Assembly: GCA_051362555.1 (NCBI GenBank)
Contig: CM120641.1
Location: 31,502,401 to 31,566,400, forward strand
Length of the DNA stretch: 64,000 nucleotides
DNA from: Lingula anatina
Taxonomy: Eukaryota; Animalia; Brachiopoda
Reading direction: 5' to 3'
Within the stretch, counting starts at the first letter, position 1. Every line of letters begins with the position of its first letter. The notes below the pieces were generated by a model, which was given only the letters and a program-made list of their open reading frames with translations, was not told the origin of the DNA and did no database searches. Positions 38,523 through 53,212 of the stretch are shown here, piece by piece. The position numbers and the translations under genes were made by a program.

Positions 38523-39221
38523 CACATCATAGTGAGAATGTGTGTGTGGGAGGGGGGCAAATTTTTTTTTTTTTTTTGTCTACTAAAAGGAGTGGGCCCA
38601 AAAATTAAGCCATTCATTTAGGGTGGGTCACAAGCTAACCAAGTTTTATTTTTGGCGCCTACATGTACTATGTAATTGCACACAGGGGCGGATCCAGGAT
38701 TGTTTAAGGGCTGGGGGAGGGGTCCCGGATGCGAAGCGCCCCCTCCCAAATCTTGGCGTTGGGTTCGGGGCTCGCTGAAGGGGCCCAAAATTTTTTGGTA
38801 TTTTAGAAAGCGAACGGTGCCATTTGATACGGTTTAGAACTGATTCAGCTAGTCAAAATTCTAATTTCATGTGTCACGTGGATATATTTTTTATTTTTTA
38901 CAAATAGTTTGAAGACAACTTCCATCTTTTGTCCCATTTCTATTTAATCGTAGCCTAATATAAAGTAAGAAAAATAGGTGTTGACTCACCAAAAGTTGAA
39001 AGCAGCCAACAGTTATTAAAAACAAAGGTAATGTATGTATCGACGAATATTAAACTCTGTATGACAATCTAAAAAAAAATTCCGACGTAAAAACAAACAT
39101 GCGTGCATGTATGACGTCTCACGCACTCACATAGTTGCGCCGACGGACAACAAACAACAACAATAACAACATCACGCACAACATTTTTTTTTTTCCAAAT
39201 AGATGTCGGTTTAACAGATTT

Positions 39222-39292
39222 TGCATCGAACAGGAATCAAACCCAGACTGCCCGCGTGGCAGGCGAGCATTATCCCATTGAACCTAGCTTGC
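39222..39292 (-). pseudogene. tRNA-Gly(GCC) pseudogene
   Basis: 71 nt GCAAGCTAGGTTCAATGGGATAATGCTCGCCTGCCACGCGGGCAGTCTGGGTTTGATTCCTGTTCGATGCA. Anticodon arm intact; acceptor stem and B box (GTTTGA) mutated. Confidence 0.8.
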
Positions 39293-39670
39293 TTCTAAGA
39301 CGCCAGTTCGTACGGATGGCCCTGCTCCCCCCTCCCCTCCCCAATAAATCTTTCCGTGATGCTCGCAAACCTTCGTGCAAGTTTAAGTGCTATGTTCTGT
39401 ATTTTGAATGAGTTACCGACATCAGCTTCATTTTAATTGGCAATCTACACCTCCGTTTACATTGTTAGATATACCTGTATCTTCTGCAACTCATACGTGT
39501 GTGATAAGTTTAATAACTGACACAGAGATATTAGTTTAGATATATGTATTCTACATAAGGGACATATAAAATGTGTGTCTGTTAAAACAAAATTAAATTT
39601 CCTCAAAATAATTGTTCGTCCAGGTGTCTTGGAGACAGCTTTTGCAGTTTAATTTTTATGTAGAAATAGC

Positions 39671-39671
<1 letters not shown>

Positions 39672-39750
<79 letters not shown>
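39672..39750. repeat. (CT)n microsatellite
   Basis: Pure dinucleotide run. Confidence 0.98.
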
Positions 39751-39754
<4 letters not shown>

Positions 39755-40278
39755 AATACATGTAGCTACGGAGTAATATTTTGATAGAGGTAAAAAAAAA
39801 AGATGAAGCAAGTAAATCCAACATTTGTCTTCATCATGATTCCAAGACTTTCATATTCTCCGAAATCACATTCATCGGCAAAAGTTTACTCAGTTTTCAT
39901 AATTATTCCAGACCTTTTACTATGGACCAGCGAGTAGGCCACTTTCTTGGCTTAACTCATTTAACCTTTAAAGGGATGATATTCAGGGAAGTTTAAGAAG
40001 AATGACCCTTTCTAAAAGCTATAGATATAGCCGTGTGAGTATTTAGGAGTGACCTTCTGTGCCAGCAGAAAATCTAACATTTGCCTATACAAATCTCAGG
40101 AAAGGTTGCCATAGTTACTGTAGATGCACAGGGAATAAGTGTAGTCTGTCTGTGAGGCGGCGGATGTCGGTGACTTTATTGTTCTTGCATGCGAGTGCGT
40201 ATGCGAGAGAGTATTTATTAAATGTACATGAACTTTGTAGCTAAGATCTAATATCCGTTTATTAGATCTTAGTTTGTA

Positions 40279-40531
40279 GTTACCTCCGCCAAGGAGGTTA
40301 TGTTTTCACCCCTGTCTGTCTGTCTGTTTGTTTGTTTGTTTGTTTGTCATCAACATAACTCAAAAAGTTATGGACCGATTTTGATGAAATTTTCAGGGTA
40401 GGTCAGAAATGGATTAACTTAGAAGTGATTAGTTTTTGGTGGTGATCCGGATCAACAATCAATCAATAATCAATAATAATCAAATATAGTTGCCTTGGTG
40501 GAGGTCTGCGCTCTCGGAGTGCTTTTCTAGT
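40279..40531. mobile_element. Short HINE/pearl-like element
   Basis: TTACCTCCGCCAAGGAGGT start, internal CTGT/TTGT microsatellite, sub-terminal inverted repeat CCTTGGTGGAGGT, and TTCTAGTT end. Confidence 0.7.
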
Positions 40532-40793
40532 TTAGTATGGAATTCAGGGGCGGATCCAGGATTATTTGAAATGGGTCCGGTTTTTAGGAATGACAGGCAG
40601 CGGATGCGAAGCCGATCCTCGCCCCCCCATACCCTTAGCGTGGGGTCTGGGCCTACTGAAGGGCCCCTAAAAATTTTGGTATTTCAAAAAGCGAACGGTG
40701 CCATTTGGTACAGTTTATACTATGATTCAGCTAGTCAAAATTCTAATTTCAAGAGGGGATCGTTGGTGTAATTTTTTTTCAGAAATCGAAGAT

Positions 40794-40824
<31 letters not shown>

Positions 40825-41255
40825 GGGGAGGGGTCAGGACCCCCACTGACACCCCCCTAAATTCAGGAAACATATATGTAACTGCATGTTTCTATTCGGC
40901 TGCAGATTTTTGTTTTTTTCTGCAACCCAAATGCAGTAAATTACCAGTTGATTTTGTCTTTTTAACTAAGAGCATATTCATTTATCTGATTTCTGAAAAT
41001 TAATCGCATGATTTACATTTCTCATTTTTATTGCAGACTAAACAGTTATCTGAAAATTAACTTTCTGTGAACACATGAAATGAATAATCAAGAAAATTCA
41101 GATGCAACACTCGTGATAAACATATTCGGTTAAAATATAAACATGGTTGTCGTGAGGTACCAGCTAACATCACTGTGAGTTCCAGTTTTTCTCGAAATAG
41201 AATGTACCTCGACGAAGAGAGAAGACACTCATCGTGTCATAAAAACCTATAAGTA

Positions 41256-42229
41256 GGGGAGACCGGGTAAGTTGGCCCCCTGTCAATTTATGAAAAAGTA
41301 ACTACGAGGTAAAAAAAGTTGGCCACACTCTTGTAAAGTGACTGTAACCTACAATGCTAAGGAAGTGTCGGGCATTAAAAAGTTTTACTTAAGAGGTGAG
41401 TCGAAATAAACGATTTTTGCACCTAAAAATAATTTTGTTTAAGAGGTTTAAAAATCTATTTTCGTATGCTTTCGATCGAATGTAATATATGTATAGGGCA
41501 TCAAACTGAAGCTCATTGTTTCAAGTTTCACAGAGATGTATTATCGTTTCTCATTCTATGTGCACCCGGGGCTAGTTTGCCCCCGTGGCTCGGGGCAAGT
41601 TGGACCCTCGTATTACCCACAAATCTTTACGACAGAGCTAGAGACCATTGTTGAAACAAACTTAATGGTTTAAAACTGAAGTTGTTACTTTCTTTTAAAA
41701 TGAAAATTTATTATTCGTTTTCATTCATTAAAAGCCTGCTTTATACCATTATTAATTTATTCTTAATTAAACAAAACAAATTTTATTGATAGATATTTTG
41801 GTTCTTGCAACACTTACCCCCCCCCCCCCCCCCCCCCACAGCGTGACGTACGGAAACCTCAATAAATCTGCCTCGTTTGAACTATTTATTTATCAAAGAC
41901 TCTCAAAAATCAATTTCATAAATTTAAAAATGTATAAAATGTATTTCAAGGCATTTATATGGGATACGTCATTATCGTATAGGGAGCCAACTTGCCCCGA
42001 CCCTGGGGCCAACTTGCCCCGTGGCGGGGCAAGTTGGCCCCCCTGACGTCAACTGCGTTTTTTGTCAAATTGTGAGCCATCTGGCATTATATTTGAAAAA
42101 TATTGACGTTGGATACGTAGCTTAGTTCATGGGGCTTACTTTGAAACCGGTTTTGTTACTGTCACTCATTCCTAGTTGGCACTACAAGGCCAAAAGCGTC
42201 TAATTGGGCCAACTAACCCCGGTCTCCCC
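41256..42229. mobile_element. Non-autonomous TA-target DNA transposon (Tc1/mariner-pogo-like MITE)
   Basis: TIRs GGGGAGACCGGGTAAGTTGGCCC / GGGCCAACTAACCCCGGTCTCCCC flanked by TA; internal GGGGCAAGTTGG repeats. Confidence 0.75.
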
Positions 42230-43713
42230 TATTTCACAGTTGACGTATTAACAATCACTCGAGGATCTAAGACTCTGTGTTGAAAGAGGAAGAGTGACAT
42301 AGGATAAAATGTGTCTCTTTTCGCTCGGCAAATGTAAAACAGTGTAGTATGACACAAATAAAAAACACACTGTGTCTAGCGCTATGGTATTATACATGTA
42401 CATTGCAAGTAATACTTCTTATTACAGATTTATGAACAACTTCATTCTACATTTGTCTTCTGTTTTTTCTGATCGGTAGATGAGGAACCAAAGTGCCAAG
42501 AGACATGCATTAAAAAACTTTAACGATATTCTTTATTGAGAAAATGGTTAAAAACCGTTGATTTAATGGCATACTTCATGTACATATTTACAGCTGCCAC
42601 GAGCTTGTCACATCATAGCACATTTCCATGAAATCTGTGGTTGTCGTCACAGCCATGTTGAGACAGGACAGAAGCCAAAATATACCGCGTGTAAAAATTG
42701 TTTTTAGTAGATGTCAAATTTAGTAGAGTAACTTACTTTACAATTACTTATAATATCATTTTACTTTGATCAGAATAGCTAGAAGTGCAAAAGTGCAAAT
42801 GTGCGTGGAAGAGGGGTGGGATTGGGAAAATGTGTATTTCAGAAGTTATAGGTATAAAGGGAGGGGCACGTGGCCCCCTCCCTCTTAGATCCACTGAATA
42901 AGTGACCAAATCATAAAAATCCCTCTTACAAGTAATACTACGTTTGAAAGATTCATGAAAAAATTTATATTACAATTTCAACAATCCGTATCAGTAGATG
43001 AGGAAAACCGTTTAACAAGATATTTTAGGTAAATGGTTAAAATCGGTTATTATGGCCTACTATATGCGGCTTGTCACATCTAGCACATTTCCATCAATTT
43101 TGTGGAAGACGTCACAACCATGTTGAGACAAGACAAACGTCAGAATATTACCGCGTATAAAAAGTAGTTTTTACATATGGACCGGGCCCCCTATGTCAAA
43201 ATATCATTTCTCGGGGAAATAAAATACATGCATGGCTTTAAATTCTTATATAAGATAAAATTGTGTAAAAAGTGTTGTACTGGCATGTCAAATAATCATG
43301 TAATTTATGATATGTGTTGAAAACGTGTATTGACCGCTTGAAATGAGTGGAGGATTGGAGAGTTGTAATAAACCAGTGCCAATTTAGTCCCTTCGGTTTC
43401 TGTCCTCGCCACTTCACCTAACCCCAGCAGCTGAAGTCGCAAAAACAACGGCACTGTGAGGGCGTTTTGAACTACATGCATTTTATCCACGCTTTACTGC
43501 AGTAAAATAAACCAACAACATAGTTACAAGAGCGAAGTAGCGGTTTGTTTGTTAAGTAAGATAGTAATATTTTTGTTAAAAGTTATATTTTTCTTTCCCA
43601 TCCACTTATCTTATTAACACAGGTCCTTGCTAACATTTAGTCCCGCAAAAATTAAACCACTTACCTCAACCACAACACGAATGTCGCCTTTAATGAAGAT
43701 GAATTAGTATCGT

Positions 43714-43744
<31 letters not shown>

Positions 43745-46482
43745 TTTTTTAATTTATTTGCAGAAAGTCTTTGACGATAAAAGAACCTGTCAATATTCCA
43801 CTCACAATGCAGAAAAACATTTATTCTTCCTTCTTCCACGCACAAACTGGGGCACAAAGTTGAACTAATTTTGAAATGACCCAGCGCTACCTCCAGAATA
43901 ACGTCAAATGTCATATTTCTTTACTTGAATCTGTTTTTAAATTGGTTTCTTTTGCTAAATTCTTCTTTTTACAAAATAGTTTTTAATCTAGATTGTCGTA
44001 TTAGAGACGCTGAAGGGTTCAAAAAGAGACCTAGTTTTGGAAACATGTTCCACATATTCTCTTGAAATATTTTGCAATTTAATTACTAACTTCAGATTTT
44101 AGCGCTCTCATTTGGCGTACTCACTGTTTCACAGAGTATTCACAGTGCGCGATGATTGACGTTTGTTTATATAATCTGCCAATCAAACTGTTATAACCTG
44201 AAGCAACTATAAAAACTAACTGAATTTGATTGGCACCTTGTCAATCAAAGGGTGTAGGAAGCTTGAACTAAACGTGTTCGACGACTATAGTGATCCACTG
44301 TGTAATGATTGTGATTGATGTTTGTTTATATAACCTGCCAATCAAGCTGTTATTACTTGACAGCAGCTATCAAAACTAATGAATTTGATTGGCATCTTGT
44401 CAATCAAAGGACATAGGGGTTTTTACATGTTCGGAGAGAAGAGTGTAGTAATTGTGTTTGACCTTTATTAAAAAAAACCTGTCATTCATAGTCGTGTGCG
44501 CTTCACAGCTTCCATCAAAGCTGAATTAGCCTGTTTGAATTTGATTCATACCTGTCTATAACAATACGTCGTAACATTCTGGAGGTAGGGGGCATTTTAT
44601 TTTCTTTTCTTTTTGCAGCGTTAAAAAACGCCAGGTTCTTTATTTCAACCGAGAGACTGAACTTTAACAACGTGAAAGAATCCCGGGTTCTTCCACAGGC
44701 GTTTTTAAATGTACTAAAATCAGTTGTCATTCTTTTTCTGGATATGATGTAAAATGACTATACATGAATTAACGTTGTTGACGATGTTTGTTGCTCCATA
44801 ATCCTTTCTTTGGTGCTCGTACGAAATCTGAACTTCGTATACGAACTGAACATAATACTTTTTTAGGATCATTTTTAAAAAACGGATGGTATAAAAAGTA
44901 AAACCTTGTCATTTTTTTCATGAACTACGGAGAGAAAAGGCCGAGATAATGATGTTAGTGACCAGGTAAAATTAAAAACTACCGGTTTTGTTCGTTCCTT
45001 ATAAAGGGCCGAGACAACAAGTAGCCCGTCTTTGTATATTGACAGGAGCGTGCGTGAAAACTGTTGTTTTCAAATAAACTACACAATAAGATAAAACTGC
45101 CAAATTAAAACTAAAACAAGTTTATGCAATGAATAAACAATCTTTCGAGCGTCTTTCGAGCTTTAATCTGCTATATATTGCTAGTACTTCATAAGTATAA
45201 AAACTCCAGATTTCAATAACGTGTGAAAATAAATAAACTAATAGTGGAATAAATCGGTCTGGTTTAATCAAAGACTTGAAATTCTTGGTTTAATTTATTG
45301 AATTTGTTCGTTCAATATTTTATACTGTATTTCATCAGATTGGTAAAAAATCTTTTCATTATACACGTATATAAAATGGATGCTACGCCGTAAAAGAATT
45401 AATATTTGATCGAATATTTACTTGAAAACATACTTTTTTATCTAATTTATTTTATTCTATTTTTAAATTAACAAAATTAATTCAGCATTAACAACAGCAT
45501 CTTTGTTTTGCCTCATCAAGCACATTCTGTGAATTTTTGTCCGAAGGCGCATATATTAATGTAAAAGATTTGTTATTGTTCTTATATTCTTATTGTTCAA
45601 CCTCTCTCTCTTCATTTATTATAAACTATTTTAATATCCATATACGTAAGAATGATTTAGAATTTACTCAATAGGGAATCAGAAACTGATACAGGCTTGA
45701 TATAAAAAGTCGTTCCATTTATTATTGAACTGGGTCTTTTAATGGTTTACAGTAACGCGTCTTCTCATGAACGGAGCAATTTTTGTAGAGAGCAATACTC
45801 CATACGCTGTCTACTATATACTATATATAGACTAGTCCCGCCTAGGTTTGTAAATTTTATTCATACAAGGCAGTCTATCTTCCATTTTAAAGACCAATAT
45901 TTGATTTACATGACATAATCACAACATCAATGGCTTATTTCAAAATATATTGGGGGAAGGCCTCCTCCTCACACACATACTGCTGCCCAGGGCAGTCGGA
46001 GCGCGGGCTATAAAAAGAATGGTGTTTTTAAAGCCCCCTGCCCACTTTTTTCACGTCAACACAGGAAGGGACAGGCTGGTTCTTATATTTCTTCTTCTCT
46101 TTCTTCTTCTTCTTTTTTCTTTGTAGGATCGCAAACTAGTCGAAAGTTAACACTTTTTGAGACGTTTCCTGCCGTGCGTAAGCACAACCAGTACAACGTA
46201 TGAATTTTGTGCTAGCCGTCACAATGAGACTATATAAGACCGCAGCTCAGGCAAAACACTGCAGCCTGAGCAGTGGCTGGTTTAGGGGGGGTTCAGGGGG
46301 GTCCTGCCCCCCCCCCCTTCAGTTCCTGGATATTAAACCACACCAATACTCCTCTCTTTATATTAGAATTTTGACTAGCTTAATCCAAGCAGTTATAACA
46401 GTTATAAGTAGCAAATGGCTCCGTTCGCCCTCTAACATAGGTACCCTTCAGCGGGCCCCGAACCCCACGTCAAAGGGGATGG

Positions 46483-46983
46483 CAGGGCCGTAGCCTCCGG
46501 GGGGGCAGGGGGGCAGCTGCCCCCCCCCCCCCCCCTGGAAATTGGGGTGTAAAAAAAAAAAAATAATCGCAAAGGTAAAAAAAAAATAATTGCAAAGTTG
46601 GTATCAATTCTGTGAGAAAAGGCACTCATGGCCACTACACAATCATTCAAAATCTGTTTACAAAGGTGTACTGTTTTTAGCCAACTTAGTTCATGCCAAA
46701 AAGCTCACCCTCCCTGAGGGAGCTATCCCCCAGGCCAATTGGCGTGTTGTGTTGAAAAAAATGACTGTACTTATGGCAAAATGAACCCACAATTTACGAC
46801 TTCTGATTGACCAATAAATAACAGTTAAAATGCACCAGAATGCAGTATTATACATACAGTTTTGAAAAATTTTCCACACCGTGGGAGGGGGACACCCCCT
46901 TCCACACCCTCCCCCCTCGGGGGCTTTGCCCCCTCGTGTCCGCTTACTGCCCCCCTTGGCTTTTTGCTCAGCCTACGGCCCTG
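46483..46983. mobile_element. MITE with CAGGGCCGTAG TIRs
   Basis: CAGGGCCGTAG...CTACGGCCCTG with GATGG on both sides; abuts another MITE starting near 46271. Confidence 0.65.
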
Positions 46984-47497
46984 GATGGAGGAGGGGGCGA
47001 GGGTCGGCTTCGCATCTGAGGCCTGTCATCCATAAAGTAAACTGTTACCATTTGTGCATGATAACTGGTTATTCACTGGTACATGGAAATATTGGCAAGT
47101 GTGACCGCCCATCGCACAATCCCAGCAGTCGAGTTAAAACTGGCGGCGAATGAACATGTGTTCGAATTTTACATTCTTTCCTCCCATTCCTAACCTGGCA
47201 TGGTTGGTCAACTTTGCTCAGGTGTAGATAAGGTGAGCTGAAAACTTCTTTTTCAGACAGCTCTCAGACGTTCATCATGTGAGATTTTTTTCTCTGATGA
47301 TCAAATCTTAAGCTAGGTTAATTGTCACCTCACCAGTGAGAAAAATAGACCGAAATACAAGTAGTGTGTTTCGCCAGCTAGTGATAATATACATATTTTT
47401 AACTACTCAAAGAAAGAGTTCCCTTGCATTCTCCCGCTCAAATTTATACTTCTGGGGGCCGTGGCTCTCTTCGACGTTTTCATCTTCGACAGCTTTA

Positions 47498-47732
47498 CAG
47501 GGGCGGATCCAGGGTTATTTGAAGGTGGGGGTCCGCGGATGCGAAATCAGCCCCCCCCCCTCTACATGACGTGAAGGGACCCAAAACTTTTGGTATTTTT
47601 AGAGGGCGAACGGTGCCATTTGGTATTTGATACGGTTTAGCACTGTAAATCAGCTAGTCAATATTCTAAATCCAATAGGGGAATATTAGTGTGATTTTTT
47701 TCAGAACCCTCCCCCCTCCAAATCCGCCACTG
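47498..47732. mobile_element. GGCGGATCC-type MITE (family also at ~30212, 38683, 40545 and 46271)
   Basis: CAGGGGCGGATCC...AAATCCGCCACTG termini; shared core GCGAACGGTGCCATTTG...CAGCTAGTCAA. Confidence 0.7.
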
Positions 47733-48414
47733 CTTTTACTAACACTACCCGCAGATCTTTTAGCTCTACCACCCATTTTAACCACAGAGCATACAAATTA
47801 ACCAGCACTACCCGAGCGGATGAATGTTAGTGCTATAGGTTTTGCTTTGTTGGTGCTAAATAATTGTGTGGTGCGTTGGCAAATCCGTGGGTTTTGTGGT
47901 TAATATGGGCGTTAGTGCTAAAGATTTGCAGCTAGTGTCAGTAAATGCCTTATCCGTTTATAAGGCCTGGAAATCCCATACAAAATTTTATTGAAACTGC
48001 TGCCATAAATGATAGAGTTGACATAGAGTTAACATAGAGTTAAAACCTTATCTTCCCAAAGCAATTTCTTTGATGTATAATTAAAAAAAGCTTCAAATGT
48101 TCTTATTCATCATGGTCTTTAGATAATCTTAGAGATCAAATATCTATCCAGGTATCAGGACGCCCCCCCCCCGGACAATCCCCCTGTAATGAATATAATA
48201 ATGAAAATGAAAATGTCATATTGAGAAAAATTATAAATGCCTGCTTTTAATAAAATTCTGTCTCTAGGTGGTGGGTAGGCAGATAACCTCACTCTTTCGG
48301 GTATCCTTTTGATGAAATTACTGGAAGTTTTAATTGTTTTACCACTGCCCCAGACAGAAATAAACAAGCTCCGAAATTTATATATATCATCTTTTTTTCT
48401 AATTTAATTTTTGC

Positions 48415-48707
48415 CCCCCATCCACGGCCTTCTCCACATCCCTTCCCCTCCCCACGGCCTTCTCCACGTCCCTGCCCCTCCCCACGGCCTTCTTCACGTC
48501 CCTGCCCCTCCCTGCAGCCTTCTCCACGTCCCTGCCCCTCCCCACGGCTTTCTCCACGTCCCTGCCCCTCCCCACGGCCTCCCACGTTCCTGCCCCTCCC
48601 CACGACCTTCTCCACATCCCTGCCCCTCCCTGCAGCCTTCTCCACGTCCCTGCCCCTCCCCACGACCTTCTCCACATCCCTGCCCCTCCCCACGGCCTTC
48701 TCCACGT
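48415..48707. repeat. 30-bp GC-rich minisatellite (~10 units)
   Basis: CCCACGGCCTTCTCCACGTCCCTGCCCCTC repeats. Confidence 0.95.
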
Positions 48708-48790
48708 GAGGTACATAGTTGTATATTCCATTTATACTAGGTGAGTACAGCTGTGTGTACCATGAACGGAGACAGTTCGGCTATTGCCTG

Positions 48791-48837
<47 letters not shown>

Positions 48838-50224
48838 TATTAACGCCAAATTCTATAAAAATTTCTTAATTTTCTCAAGCAGGTATTTTTTTTTTTGTTT
48901 GTTTTTTAATTTAGGAAAATGTAACGATTGGCTAGAGAGCCGATTGTTCTCGTCTGCTGAACGTTATTGATATTTGATGGCCTTGTTATAGCTCTCCAGG
49001 CTCCACCCATAGTTCAGAAATGACCTAGAACATTGAGGGCCACATTCTGTCTTCCTTTTCTTATCTAACCAAATTAAATCAAGACAATATCTAATTGAGA
49101 GGTAGAATGGGGTTTAATAATTCTGCCAAACTGCCGTACACTAGTCCTTGGAGGGTGTCAACTACCAGAGTATAGAACTCAAACAAGACAGATATAGGGC
49201 CTACATATAGGCCTACCGTTTGCAAAAAACTTCCTTCCTTTTAAATAATGAACAATGCTTATAAAATCAAATTCATTTCAACCAATATATCATCAATTTA
49301 TATTTGAACTTAAAATCAAAAGATCTAGACTCTTGGCCGAAATATCTTGAACTGTGATGCGCCTGATGAGCCCCGATTCTTCTCCGATATATAGTGTGTT
49401 AGTTGTGACAGATATGTTGATTGCGTTTTCACTGCGGGTCTTTTTTTTTTTCATCAACAGACTTGTTCTTTCGGATCGGAATACTATTTTCAAGCATTTC
49501 GCACGTTATGGAATATATCTTGGATTATTTACTACGTAACAAAATGCCATCTTCTCCCATTCAATCGCCACTGGCACCTCGCCTTACATTTTCAAAGATT
49601 CAGTGAAGATTTTTCGGGATTGGACAGCGCGGAATACATGTAGTTTTGCAAGTTAACACAATCGAAAAGGAGTGCAATTTAGTTTATTGGGTAAGTATAA
49701 AGACTATTGCTTCCCTTTTGATTAATGCTCTAAGACTTCTGGTTTGTGATAACAGATAAATCTTATCTGCATACGTGTCTTTCATTCTGTTTCTACAAAA
49801 TCATAGATCTAATCAACACAAAACGGTGTTCATTCATCTAAGTTTTCCTGAAATTAAAGTCGTCTGGGAGACATTCATATGGGCTTGTTGTGTACATGTC
49901 GACTCTCCCGGATAATCTGGGAGTCTCCCGGATACAGAACGAATCTCCCCGTCACCCGTACATGTAACCAAATCTCCCGGATAAAAGCGACTTTTACAAA
50001 TTTTCACCACTGTCAGCTAACGCCCTGTCGATTTATTTTCAGAGTAGTTGGGTGATCTTTTGAAAACTTCATAGTTTGAGAAAGCCCCCCCCCCCCCCCA
50101 CTGAGCATTTGATCACAACGGCACCAGCAGCCCCCCCCCTCCTCTTATTCAGCAAAATTTTAGAATCTCCAGATTTTAGATTTTTAGAGGTGGGCATCTC
50201 TGTTATTTGACACCTGGCAGGATC

Positions 50225-50329
<105 letters not shown>

Positions 50330-51249
50330 AGTGGAAAAGTAGGAAATCACATGCCTAGAAAACTTTGATTATGTCTGGTTTTCTTAGAATGTGTTTCCAT
50401 AGTAACAAAGCTCCCATGGATACCCATCTGTTGCTGCATGATTGTCAAATATAGCCTTATGGGCTATTTTAAAATTTTTGAATGAAATTTTAGAAATTTT
50501 GTAAAATTGCTGTAATGTAAAACTTATAACACTGTTTTATATCTCAATAAGATTGTTCATAACTGCAAAAAAAAAAAAAAAGCTTATTAAAAAAAAAGTA
50601 CAAGTGAAAAGCTGAAAATATAGCCACAATGTCATGAGTGTAACACTGTGTAGCTGCAATTGATTCAAATTTTTTAAAGTCACATTATTTAAAAACTGCC
50701 CATGGTATTTGTTCAACTTATTGCTTATAGTTAAATAAGTTCTCCACCGGATCTAACCCTCCCCCCCCAATGAATTTACCTGGGGTAAGGAGCAATTTTC
50801 TCCTGCTCAATAACTGCTGCTTGACCCGTCCTATACTTGGATTCTATGTTTATTCCGTTTTTAGTTTAAACTGACTGGCCAGTAAAATAGCTCATCTACG
50901 GTCACACACATTGCCTAGTTTTCACACAAGAAAATAGGTTGTTGCAGCCCTGTGCCATGTATAATTATAGACCTTGCAAGCTGGCACTGGCTACGTGAAG
51001 AGGCTAAGAAAATAATAATGACACTAGGTATGTGCCAGATAGGTGACTTTTGATATAATTTTTTATTCAATATAACTGTTATATGATGATTCTAAAAAGA
51101 AATTTGACAGAGTCATTGTCTTGTTATTACAAATAGTAATGCAATAGTGAAAATGTCTAGTCTATTCAAAAATTTACTTGGACCTCAGTGAGTCCAGTAG
51201 ATTTTAGGAAACTGGTGGTCCAATTGTCCAGAAAGCTGAAAAGTTTACG

Positions 51250-52560
51250 GCAAAGATTGCACTAATAAAGGAGGGCCTATTTTATTGACAGAAACTACAG
51301 TTTAATTCTCATGGACTGTCTCTTACCCTCTGCTTTTTTGCCTCCATTTTTTGAGACAACTAACAAAATCAAAGTAATTCCTCCTTCTATTTTTATTCTC
51401 ATGAGTTCATCAATATTCTCTGGATTGAGTCTATTTCTTAGTGCAGTTGTAATTAATTTTTTTCCAATCCGCTGTGTGCACTGGATGTGCCAGTGCCAAA
51501 GAGGCTAACATTATGACATTTGGAAATTGATCCTTATGATCAGTAGCTATCAATTCCCAGAGTTTTGCAGTTGAATGCGTTTGGTAACACTTAGTGAGAA
51601 GATCATTTTTTACAATTCTCCATTCCTTCTTCACCTCTTGAGGATCAATAAGGGTCTTGGATACAGATTCCTTTGAATTCTTTGTGTGCATTTTCTCCCC
51701 AAAGTGAGATGTCAGCATTTCCATGGATTCATCCCCCCAACACTGCAGCTCATCCTGGCTGAGTAGAGAAATGGGCTTCATCCCCAAAACACAGAAAGAG
51801 GACATCAGCTCCTGGTCAGGGAATCTGGGAATAATACAATACAGAACTAAATTCTAAGATGCACACAAAGTAAGAACTTCTTTTTAATAAAAGAAAAATT
51901 AAATTATTGATTTAAAAATAATTATACATAAAAATATTTGGCTATAATTGAAAAAGTCATTAAATTTGTTATAAATCAAAGTGAGTACTTAAAAGGAATG
52001 AATAATTGAAGAAAACTCATTCGGTAATCTTTAATGGCACAACTTGTAATGTATTGGTGAAATCAATTAATATTATGTGGGTTTAAAATCAAAATATTAA
52101 TGAAGATTATCAAGCATAGCTTGGATGGAATCCCTTTTAGTAAGCTCAGTCTTGTACTTTGAGTGTGCAACCACATGGTTCACTTTGAAAGTAGCTCCAA
52201 TAAGGTGCTCCTCTAATTGTTTGCTTAAGGTTGGTTGGTCTGGATGCACAGATCCATCTTTTATGACCTTCAAGTCCATTTTGCAGCTATCCACAACTGG
52301 CTGGAAGTCATGTTTAATTTGCATAAATAAATAACAGAAAACTATTTTTGTCAACCTAAAACTGAAAGCTGTACTTCTTGTTTGTTTCAGTATGTTACAC
52401 CAAAAACTTAAAACTTTTGAAAAGTAAGTTAAATCATCAGCACTAAATTTAATAAGTGACATAGTTATCACTAAATAAACTTAAAGAGCCTGACTTTTAC
52501 CTTTACAGTTCCTATGTCAATGTCTTTCATTTGGAAAAATAAACTCAGCTGATGATCAAT
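51250..52560 (-). pseudogene. Degraded hAT transposase (ZNF862-like), C-terminal part
   Basis: FPDQELMSSF...EWRIVK...QFPNVIMLASLALAHPVHTADW matches the hAT dimerisation motif (FP...LP..TA.CER). Stops and frameshifts present; AT-rich intron-like gap at ~51830-52095. Confidence 0.7.
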
Positions 52561-53212
52561 TGTTTGTACCAAGTTTCAGAAACTACACAGACCTAAGCTC
52601 TCATTTTTTGGTGAGGGGTTACAATCAGCGACTCCTTTCATCTTTGGGAGTTTGGGGTCAATCGGTGCATTTTCTTGGGAGAAGCAGTCATTAGATACGG
52701 AAACTGAAAACTCTCTCTAATTCTGGAACCGTAAGTGCTAGAGACCTTTTGTTCTTTGCATTTTTTGTAGAACTTGTCAAGTGTAATACTGGAGGTGGTG
52801 TCCTTTTTTTGTTTTCAACGTGGTTTTTCCATTGCGCTATATAAAAAAATACAATGTTGCAATATTCAGTGGTGAAAATAATATGTGATTTACTCCAAAA
52901 TTAGCAGAGATACGCCCATAGTTACTATTGAACTAAGGAATTTATATACTGGTAATCTAACTGTGACCTTGAAATTAACCATTGACCTACTTTTCATTAT
53001 GAACTACACTTTGCAAGTTTTCCGATCTTCATATCTCCAAAACTGGCAAAGATACACCCATAATTAATACCTTTTGCATTACACGTGATTTGCCTTATTT
53101 TTCGAGCATGGTACATTATTTGTGCCCAATATTCTGCGTGAAACGTGATTCAGGAACTTCTTTGTTCCGCGTTATTGGTATAAATTCATCAGTGTGATTC
53201 GTGAAAACGTTT

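Noticed and set aside
39222-39292. Functional tRNA-Gly, or primer for the Gypsy element
   Set aside because: The acceptor stem and B box are mutated, and there is no complementarity to the PBS.
48289-48740. Gly/Arg- and Pro-rich ORFs
   Set aside because: Products of the 30-bp minisatellite.
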